NCBI GenBank assembly: GCA_016934135.1
Contig: JAFGTK010000197.1
Location: forward strand, 1 to 32,662
Length of the DNA stretch: 32,662 nt
Direction: 5' to 3'
Origin: Deltaproteobacteria bacterium
Lineage (GTDB): Bacteria; Desulfobacterota; Desulfomonilia; UBA1062
The notes under the pieces were generated by a model. That model was not told the DNA's origin and searched no databases. It saw only the letters and a list, made by a program, of their open reading frames with translations. The position numbers and the translations under genes were made by a program. Shown here one piece after another: positions 16,781 to 23,845 of this stretch (position 1 is the stretch's first letter; every line of letters begins with the position of its first letter).

Positions 16781-16856
16781 ATCTTCTCCTTGCATAAGTT
16801 ATTATGTTCCGGGCCTTTCATGCATGCGTGCACTCGTTTTTTTTTGCCTTTAAACG

Positions 16857-16890
16857 AAAAAAGGCTGTCTCCCGCAGGAGACAGCCTTTT
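16857..16890 (-). terminator. Intrinsic terminator that forms the expression platform of the TPP riboswitch
   Basis: The minus strand reads AAAA-GGCUGUCUCC-UGCG-GGAGACAGCC-UUUUUU: a perfect 10-bp GC-rich stem, a 4-nt loop and a U6 tail. It lies between the aptamer and the thi4 start codon. Confidence 0.75.
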
Positions 16891-16924
16891 AATCATTTCG
16901 TGATTGTGCTCACGTTTTTACTTA

Positions 16925-17000
16925 AAATCTCCCTCCGCTGGCATTACCCAGATCAGGTTCAATGGGTATAATCTCAGGCTCGTCGAGCCACCCCATGTAA
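16925..17000 (-). promoter_or_regulatory. TPP (THI-box) riboswitch aptamer
   Basis: The minus strand reads GGGGUGGCUCGACGAGCCUGAGAUUAUACCCAUUGAACCUGAUCUGGGUAAUGCCAGCGGAGGGAG. It contains the conserved CUGAGA and ACCC..UGAACCUGAUCUGG.UAAUGCCAGCG elements and sits upstream of thiamine biosynthesis genes. Confidence 0.92.
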
Positions 17001-17014
17001 AAGAGCGAGTCTTG

Positions 17015-17043
17015 TTAATAATGAATTTCCATACATGAGTCAA
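17015..17043 (-). promoter_or_regulatory. Candidate sigma-70 promoter for the riboswitch-thi4-thiE-thiC transcript
   Basis: The minus strand reads TTGACT-N17-TATTAA, ending about 7 nt before the region that begins the riboswitch. Confidence 0.4.
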
Positions 17044-17114
17044 TAGGGTTTTACCATGCTGGTATTATTGACTTGATGTGTGCAGTCGAATGGATCATTA
17101 AAAGGTCAAAGATT

Positions 17115-18296
17115 ATGAAGCAGAAATCAGATAAGCGAAATATTGTGGGGTTCGGCCTTGTAAGCCTGGCAAACGATATTGCAAGCGAGATGATATACCC
17201 GCTGCTCCCCATCTTTCTCTCCAGCGTTCTTCATGCAAGCGCATCTGCTATCGGTATCATCGAGGGCATTGCAGAGACAACGGTATCCATTCTGAAATAT
17301 GTAGTCGGTTCTCTTTCCGACCGTTTAGGCAGAAGAAAACCGCTGTTCGCCGCAGGATACGCAATATCAAATATCCTGAGGCCCCTTATAGGATTGTCAT
17401 TGAACTGGATTCACGTTCTGTTTTTCCGGTCTGCAGACCGTGTCGGCAAGGGTATACGCACTGCTCCCAGGGATGCCATGCTTGCTGACTCGGCTGCTGA
17501 TGCCGACCGGGGTCTGGCCTTCGGATTCCAGCGGGCCATGGATCATCTTGGTGCCCTTGCAGGTCCCCTTATAGCGACATTTCTGATTCATACCGGGTGT
17601 TCGATCCAGCAGGTGTTCATGATCTCATTTGTCCCTGGAATCATTACGGTCGCGCTTGCATTGACCCTGATAAAAGAGAGGGAGAAAAAGCGCATTATTT
17701 CATCAAAACAGGCCCTTACAGGTGCGCTGACTCCTCGTTTCGGGTTCTTTCTCTTTACACTGGTGATCTTCACGCTGGGCAATTCGACAGATGCCTTCCT
17801 TCTTCTGCGTGCACGCGATGCCGGTATAGGTATTGCGCTCATACCTGTTCTCTGGACAGTACTGCACCTGTCAAAGACCCTGTTCTCCATCCCGGGAGGG
17901 ATGATCTCCGACCGTATAGGACGAAAACCCGTGATCATTGCGGGCTGGACGGTTTATTGTCTTGTCTATCTGGGATTTGCCTTTGCAGGGAGCGCATCTG
18001 CGATCTGGGGGCTTTTCTTTGCCTATGGGGTGTATTTCGGATTATGCGAAGGTGTTGAAAAGGCATTTGTGGCAGATCTCGTGCCTGAAACAGTACGCGG
18101 AGGCGCATACGGACTCTATAACCTTGCAATCGGCATCTCTGCGCTTCCTGCATCTGTGCTCTTTGGTGTTGTATGGGATATTCTCGACCCGCAGTATGCC
18201 TTCCTCATGGGAGCCATGTTTGCACTCAGTGCCGCTATTCTGCTGTTATTTGTAAAGAAACCGTACTCCCGTCCCCCTGATGGCCCCGGGTCTTAG
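17115..18296 (+). CDS. MFS transporter
   Basis: About 12 predicted transmembrane helices. MFS motif A occurs twice (GSLSDRLGRRKP and GMISDRIGRKP). I chose the ATG at 17115 (MKQKSDKRN). The ORF is open from the TTG at 17073. Confidence 0.85.
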   Translation: MKQKSDKRNIVGFGLVSLANDIASEMIYPLLPIFLSSVLHASASAIGIIEGIAETTVSILKYVVGSLSDRLGRRKPLFAAGYAISNILRPLIGLSLNWIHVLFFRSADRVGKGIRTAPRDAMLADSAADADRGLAFGFQRAMDHLGALAGPLIATFLIHTGCSIQQVFMISFVPGIITVALALTLIKEREKKRIISSKQALTGALTPRFGFFLFTLVIFTLGNSTDAFLLLRARDAGIGIALIPVLWTVLHLSKTLFSIPGGMISDRIGRKPVIIAGWTVYCLVYLGFAFAGSASAIWGLFFAYGVYFGLCEGVEKAFVADLVPETVRGGAYGLYNLAIGISALPASVLFGVVWDILDPQYAFLMGAMFALSAAILLLFVKKPYSRPPDGPGS

Positions 18297-18363
18297 ATGA
18301 TTTCCTCAAAAAGAGGGTATGTTTTTGACACCGGGAACATCTTTACTGTATAAGACCGGCATT

Positions 18364-18984
18364 ATGAATAGTGGTACGATCCAGCAGATTATACTTCTTG
18401 TAGTGCCGGTGCTGTTTTCCATAACCATACATGAAGTCTGTCACGGTTATGCGGCATACCGGCTTGGTGACCCGACTGCCAAACTGGCAGGAAGGCTGAC
18501 GCTGAACCCCATAAAACATATCGATATCGTAGGGCTGCTCGTGCTGTTTGTCACACGTATGATAGGCTGGGCAAAACCCGTACCCGTGGATCCGAGATAC
18601 TTTAAAAATCCCCGCAAGGACATGATGTGGGTTTCACTTGCAGGGCCGGCATCCAATCTGGTGACAGCATTTGTGTTCGCAATTATTTTCAAGCTGACAG
18701 GCGGGTTTATCGCAGGTTCATACCTGTATCCCCTCATATATATGATGCAGATCATGATCATGATAAATGTAGGTCTTGCGATATTCAATCTGATCCCCAT
18801 TCCGCCTCTCGATGGAAGTCACATCCTTGAGGGGCTGCTTCCCCATGAAATGGCTGCCGCATACTCCAGGTTCATGGCGCCTTACGGGTTTATCATTCTT
18901 CTTGTTCTGATATTTACCAGGGTGGTGGATGTCCTTGTATTTCCGATCATCCATGTGATTGTCAACATACTACTAAGCATATAG
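18364..18984 (+). CDS. Site-2 protease family (M50) membrane metalloprotease
   Basis: HEVCHG (HExxH) inside a transmembrane helix, followed by LTLNPIKHID, with a polytopic hydrophobic profile. The ATG is at 18364. The ORF is open from 18319. Confidence 0.85.
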   Translation: MNSGTIQQIILLVVPVLFSITIHEVCHGYAAYRLGDPTAKLAGRLTLNPIKHIDIVGLLVLFVTRMIGWAKPVPVDPRYFKNPRKDMMWVSLAGPASNLVTAFVFAIIFKLTGGFIAGSYLYPLIYMMQIMIMINVGLAIFNLIPIPPLDGSHILEGLLPHEMAAAYSRFMAPYGFIILLVLIFTRVVDVLVFPIIHVIVNILLSI

Positions 18985-18996
18985 CAGAGGAGATAT

Positions 18997-19989
18997 ATGG
19001 AAAAGAAACGCATTGTATCGGGCATCAGACCGACCGGAGACCTTCACCTGGGACACTATCTGGGCGTCCTGAAAAACTGGGTCGAACTGCAGGATGAGTA
19101 CCAGTGCTTCTATTTCATTGCAGACTGGCATGCCCTTACCAGCGAGTACCGGGATCCTTCAATCATCTCCCAGAGCTCGCGAGATATGGTTATGACCTGG
19201 CTGGGTGTGGGGATCGACCCGGAAAAATCGGTGATATTCAGGCAGTCCGACATCAAGACCCATGCAGAACTTTTTCTGCTCCTGTCCATGATAACTCCGC
19301 TTTCCTGGCTGGAGCGTAACCCCACCTACAAGGAACTCAAGGAGGAACTCAAGGAGAAGGACCTGAGCACATTCGGTTTTCTGGGGTATCCTGTACTGCA
19401 GGCAGCGGACATTGTCATCTATCATGCAGACAGGGTTCCCATAGGAGAAGACCAGCTGCCGCACCTCGAACTCACACGCGAGATCGTCAGAAGGTTCAAC
19501 TTCATCTATGGCGAACAGGTTCTGAAAGAGCCAAAGGAGATCCTTACCGAGGCGCCAAAGGTTACGGGCCTGGATGGAAGAAAGATGTCCAAGTCATATA
19601 ATAATGCCATCTTTATCTATGAGACTGAAGACTCTCTGAAGCTCAAGGTTATGCAGATGCTCACGGACATCAAACGCCAGAGGAAAAAAGACCCGGGCGA
19701 ACCCAAAGACTGCAATCTTTATCCTTTGCATGAGATATATACTGATGAGGAAACCAGGCAGGAGATTCAGAAAGGCTGCAGGGATGCGAGTTTCGGCTGT
19801 GTTGACTGCAAGAAGATCCTCATAGAGAACCTGCACAGGGAATTTCAGCCTGTCTGGGAAAGGATAGATTATTATCGGGGCCATGTGTCCCTGGTGGATG
19901 ATATCCTGCGGGAGGGGTGTCTGCGAGCGGCACAGGAATCTGACAGGACCATGGACAGGGTCAGAACTGCAATGCGTCTAACCACATAG
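18997..19989 (+). CDS. trpS: Tryptophan--tRNA ligase
   Basis: Class I signature GDLHLGHYLG and KMSKS, at TrpRS length. GAGGAG lies upstream. The protein carries a C-x21-C-x6-C-x2-C insert. Confidence 0.95.
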   Translation: MEKKRIVSGIRPTGDLHLGHYLGVLKNWVELQDEYQCFYFIADWHALTSEYRDPSIISQSSRDMVMTWLGVGIDPEKSVIFRQSDIKTHAELFLLLSMITPLSWLERNPTYKELKEELKEKDLSTFGFLGYPVLQAADIVIYHADRVPIGEDQLPHLELTREIVRRFNFIYGEQVLKEPKEILTEAPKVTGLDGRKMSKSYNNAIFIYETEDSLKLKVMQMLTDIKRQRKKDPGEPKDCNLYPLHEIYTDEETRQEIQKGCRDASFGCVDCKKILIENLHREFQPVWERIDYYRGHVSLVDDILREGCLRAAQESDRTMDRVRTAMRLTT

Positions 19990-20013
19990 CAGACATTTCA
20001 GGGTATAGGGGCC

Positions 20014-20721
20014 ATGGGAATGATGTATGATGACAGCAAAGAGTTTGTTCTTCACCTGTCCAGCTTCGAGGGTCCCCTGGATCTGTTGCTCTATCTCATT
20101 GAAAAAAACAGGTTTACCCTGGAAAAACTAGAGGTCTGTCCAATAATCGATCAGTATCTGCGCTATATAGAGACATTGCGCAAACTTGATGTTTCCCTGG
20201 CCGGAGAATTCCTTGACATGGCATCCTACCTGATATGGCTCAAATCGTGTCTTCTGCTGCCGGTAAATGCATTGGACAGTGATAATGAGGACTTCAACCC
20301 GGTCCGCGAGCTTCAGGAGATGCTCATGGCATATCGCGCCATCAAACAGGCATCACGAGATCTTTCCTCACGGCCCATGCTTTTTAGGGACAGATTTCCA
20401 AAGGGCAGCGGGTTCGAGGAGAGGGACGTGTCGATCATGAGCATGGGCGCCCTTATGCAGGCCATCGATGCTATCAGATCGCGTACGCGTAAATATATCA
20501 TGAATGTAGCAGCCATACGGTTCAGTATTCAGGATATGATGAAACGGATTCAGGGTCTTCTCAAGGGTAAAGAACGTGTGGCTCTGGGTGAGATCATTCA
20601 AGGCAGAGACAGAATGGAGATGATTGGTGCGCTGCTTGCAGGCCTGGAGCTCTCGAAGAGTTCTGTAGCGCGGTTGGTTCAACGGCGGCTGTTCTCCATG
20701 ATATACATTGTGAGACGGTAA
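20014..20721 (+). CDS. scpA: Segregation and condensation protein A (kleisin)
   Basis: N-terminal FEGPLDLLLYLIEKNRF motif, ScpA-like length, followed by scpB. Confidence 0.9.
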   Translation: MGMMYDDSKEFVLHLSSFEGPLDLLLYLIEKNRFTLEKLEVCPIIDQYLRYIETLRKLDVSLAGEFLDMASYLIWLKSCLLLPVNALDSDNEDFNPVRELQEMLMAYRAIKQASRDLSSRPMLFRDRFPKGSGFEERDVSIMSMGALMQAIDAIRSRTRKYIMNVAAIRFSIQDMMKRIQGLLKGKERVALGEIIQGRDRMEMIGALLAGLELSKSSVARLVQRRLFSMIYIVRR

Positions 20722-20776
20722 CATTGAAAAAGATCATGCAAGGGAGTTAGATCGGAAAGATCTTGAGGAATGGGAT

Positions 20777-21280
20777 ATGAATACCAGAGAGATCATTGAG
20801 GCACTTATCTTTTCCGCGAGCGGGACTCTCGAGGTCAAGGACATCCTTAAAGCAATCCCGGAGCTGTCTCTGGAGAGCCTGCAGATGATGGTGAACGAAC
20901 TCAATACCCTCTATAAGGAGACCGGAAGAAGTTTTTTGATCGATCATGTTTCAGACGGCTATATGTTTGTATCCAGGCAGGAGTATACGCCCTACATAAA
21001 AACCCTGCACGAACCATCCAGACTTTCCAATGCCGCAATGGAGGTGCTTGCCGTGATCGCTTATAAGGGGCCTTGCACAAAACAGACCATTGAGGGTATC
21101 CGAGGGGTAGATTCGTCATCTTCCTTAAAGAGTCTCTTGAAACACCAGCTTATCGACATAAAATCGGGCAAGCCCATGATGTATTGCACCACAAACCGGT
21201 TTCTTGAGGTTTTCGGACTGAATTCTCTTGCCGATCTGCCCGATATCTCACAGTATGAAGAGATTTTCAGCGAGGAATAG
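20777..21280 (+). CDS. scpB: Segregation and condensation protein B
   Basis: EALIFSASGTL start and double winged-helix organisation (AAMEVLAVIAYKGPCTKQTIEGIRGV). GAGGA lies 7 nt upstream. Confidence 0.9.
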   Translation: MNTREIIEALIFSASGTLEVKDILKAIPELSLESLQMMVNELNTLYKETGRSFLIDHVSDGYMFVSRQEYTPYIKTLHEPSRLSNAAMEVLAVIAYKGPCTKQTIEGIRGVDSSSSLKSLLKHQLIDIKSGKPMMYCTTNRFLEVFGLNSLADLPDISQYEEIFSEE

Positions 21281-21291
21281 TATCCGGCGGT

Positions 21292-22770
21292 TTATCCGGA
21301 AACAATTGTAGCACGGTCTCCCGGTTTCCAGATATTGAGAAAGAGATTGATACCCTCGGGTTCCTTCTCAACGTTCATGGCAGCATCCTGCGGCAGACCT
21401 TTGGTCAGTTCCATAAGGTCCTCCTCGCTGCGGTGGATGAGAACCCATTCAGAACCGTATTCCATCTTGAATCTCTGGGGATTATGCATCCCGAAATTGC
21501 CTATGATGAGTGTTCCGCCTGGTTTGAGGAAACTGTAGAGTTCAAGGATCAGCCTGTTCGAGGCATTGGCTGAAAGGTAATCGAACAGCCCGGTTGTATA
21601 GATGAGGTCAGCATCCTTGTAGGGGGCCTTTTCCTTCTCTTTGCCGACAATGAGTGCCTTGATATTGCCCTGAACATACTGAACAGAAACACTCTCAAGA
21701 CCATTGATGAGCGGACTCAGCCTTTTTTGAGAATCTGCAAGGGCATTTGCGTCCTGATCCATGGCGACTATCTCGATCGTGCAATGGTTCCTGCCGTTAT
21801 TGAGCCGCGAGAGAAAATCAGAGATTTCGAGACAGGGGCCGCAGGCAATACTTACAATCCTGATCGGTTTGTCATCCGGGGTATTTTCGAACATTGATTG
21901 AATCTTTTTACAGAAGTACTCTCTTCTGTTCCGCACTGCCCTTGATGCAGCGCCCTCGCAGTCGATCTTGTTCATAACCTGTGAGAAGATGTCCTTGCCC
22001 TCGAAGGAGTTGCGATAGATGATGTTCATCATCTCGTAGTCTCCAGCATATCCGAGCGGTTTCGTATAGGCTCTTATAAATAATTCTGATTTCATGAAGA
22101 ACTCGTTGAGCCTTTTCTGAAAGAATTCCCGGTGAATAAAGTGCTCCTTGGAGTCTATAAACCTTTCGACAATGTTTGCAAAATTGTTGCAGAACCTGAT
22201 CGTTACCTCGTTGAGAGCCTCAAAGGTGAGGTTTCTGAGCGTTTCCAGAAGGGAGGCCTGGAAGGATTCATCGTTTTCTTCAAGAATCTTGTCCTCTTCT
22301 TCCTTGAGCTTGTGCTGGAAGTTGCTGAGGATGAAGTGCAGGTGAGAGGTAAGGTGGACGAATTCCTCGTCCAGATTGTCTTCAACCGCCATGGAGTGGA
22401 TGAAATCGAGGTATTCGTTCTGCAGTCTGGTAACCTTATCCACCTTGATGATGGATGAGATATCGATCATATTTTCAAAGTTGCACCCGATTCGCGAGAT
22501 GACCTTGTCATCAATGCACTCATCCTGAATATGGATGATGGTTGCAGAGCCTGTATGGACAACATTTTCAAATGAGTAGAATCGAAGATCGGAGATGATA
22601 TCGCCGATTCTGAAGATCAGGCTTCCGTCTTCCAGGAGAAAGGACAAGCCTGTCCTGGAAAAATCCCTGACACGACATGTTCGTTCGATACCGGAAAGAT
22701 CCTTAAATCGTACTTTCTTGCTTTGATCTTTCAGATCCGCGATGTATCGTAAATCACGTCTCAGCCTCAA
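21292..22770 (-). CDS. PilZ domain / helical linker / class I SAM-dependent methyltransferase fusion protein
   Basis: The N-terminus has RRDLR (RxxxR) followed 27 aa later by DFSRTG (DxSxxG), the c-di-GMP-binding PilZ signature. The C-terminus has the Rossmann methyltransferase motifs IVSIACGPCLE, IEIVAMDQD, DLIYTTGLFDYL and LKPGGTLIIGNF. The TTG start at 22770 is preceded by AAGGAGGG at 7 nt. Confidence 0.85.
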   Translation of the reverse strand: MRLRRDLRYIADLKDQSKKVRFKDLSGIERTCRVRDFSRTGLSFLLEDGSLIFRIGDIISDLRFYSFENVVHTGSATIIHIQDECIDDKVISRIGCNFENMIDISSIIKVDKVTRLQNEYLDFIHSMAVEDNLDEEFVHLTSHLHFILSNFQHKLKEEEDKILEENDESFQASLLETLRNLTFEALNEVTIRFCNNFANIVERFIDSKEHFIHREFFQKRLNEFFMKSELFIRAYTKPLGYAGDYEMMNIIYRNSFEGKDIFSQVMNKIDCEGAASRAVRNRREYFCKKIQSMFENTPDDKPIRIVSIACGPCLEISDFLSRLNNGRNHCTIEIVAMDQDANALADSQKRLSPLINGLESVSVQYVQGNIKALIVGKEKEKAPYKDADLIYTTGLFDYLSANASNRLILELYSFLKPGGTLIIGNFGMHNPQRFKMEYGSEWVLIHRSEEDLMELTKGLPQDAAMNVEKEPEGINLFLNIWKPGDRATIVSG

Positions 22771-22919
22771 ACTCTAACCCTCCTTGATAATGCATAAAAC
22801 TCAAGTATCGGAAAAAATATGTGCTTTCTTTAAAAAATCACGCGTAGTTATTGGTAGATCAAAGGAGATTGAAGGATTGTTTGTATATGCCGCGTGTATT
22901 GTTGTAGTTTTTATGGATT

Positions 22920-23414
22920 TTATTGAACAGGGGCGCAATCGCTCATATCACCGCCGAGTTTTGACAGGGCATGGGCAAGGGCAGGAAGGATGCTTTCGAG
23001 GCAGTCTCTCACGCCGCCCGGGCTTCCGGGAAGGTTTATGATCAGCGTCTGTTTCCTGGCACCGGCTACAGCCCTTGATATCATGGCATGGGAGGTCTTT
23101 CCCAGGCTTTTCATCCGCATCACCTCTTCCATGCCCGGGATGCGCTTGTCAATTACAGCCAGCGTTGCATCCGGCGTGACATCTCTCGGGGAAAGGCCTG
23201 TCCCTCCCGTTGTGATAATAAGATCAAGGCAGAGTTCATCACTCCAGCTGATAAGTCTTTGCCGGATGATTTCAGCCTCGTCGGGGACGATCTCGTATAC
23301 CTCGCTGATTATCCCATGCTCTTCAAGCATCTCCTGAATGATCCTGCCGCTAATATCCTCGCGCTGTCCCTTTGATCCCTTGTCCGAAAGCGTAAGCACC
23401 CCGGCACGTTTCAT
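22920..23414 (-). CDS. mog: Molybdopterin adenylyltransferase MogA/MoaB family
   Basis: TTGGTGLSPRDVTPDAT, IPGMEEVMR and LIINLPGSPGG are collinear with E. coli MogA. The ATG at 23414 overlaps the upstream stop (ATGA). I rejected the 60-aa track extension. Confidence 0.85.
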   Translation of the reverse strand: MKRAGVLTLSDKGSKGQREDISGRIIQEMLEEHGIISEVYEIVPDEAEIIRQRLISWSDELCLDLIITTGGTGLSPRDVTPDATLAVIDKRIPGMEEVMRMKSLGKTSHAMISRAVAGARKQTLIINLPGSPGGVRDCLESILPALAHALSKLGGDMSDCAPVQ

Positions 23415-23845
23415 CTCTTTACCTCTCTTATTCTCTGCTGGGCTGAGATTATGATGGCCCTGGGTACTGCCTTGCTCTTTGACAGCAGGGCAAGATCTCT
23501 CTGTTTGAGATAGGGTACCTGTTTCAGTGCTATGGGAAGGGGAGTCTTCGGGTTGTTGACCAGTGCAAGTTTGATCTGGTAGTTTTTCATCCATTCCCTG
23601 TTTGTGGAGATATGTCTTAAGACCTCATCATTTATCTGGCGGTTTGAGGCGATCATGAGCACCTCGCTTTCCGTGATCTTGGGTGAGGCAATAACCGCAA
23701 GCTGGACGAGCCTGTTCGTGTCTCGCATAAGGATGGATCTGGCCTCTTTTCCTGCCTTGCGGGCCAGATCCAGTTTCTCGGACACACTCATTCCCTGTAT
23801 GTTCTGGAACAAGCTCCTTGTGGCGTCTGAATTGTCATTTTGCAT
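23411..23845 (-). CDS. Hypothetical helical-repeat protein (LRV/HEAT-like, with NPxTP repeats)
   Basis: 144 aa with repeated amphipathic helix pairs and an LALVNNPKTPLPIAL-type motif. The ATG at 23845 overlaps the EF-G paralogue by 11 nt. There is an alternative ATG at 23791. Confidence 0.6.
   Translation of the reverse strand: MQNDNSDATRSLFQNIQGMSVSEKLDLARKAGKEARSILMRDTNRLVQLAVIASPKITESEVLMIASNRQINDEVLRHISTNREWMKNYQIKLALVNNPKTPLPIALKQVPYLKQRDLALLSKSKAVPRAIIISAQQRIREVKR

Noticed and set aside
23415-23594. A 60-codon N-terminal extension of the mog ORF (MDEKLPDQTCTGQQPEDSP...).
   Set aside because: It overlaps the 3' end of the upstream repeat-protein gene and is compositionally odd. MogA homology starts exactly at the internal ATG, which forms an ATGA coupling junction.
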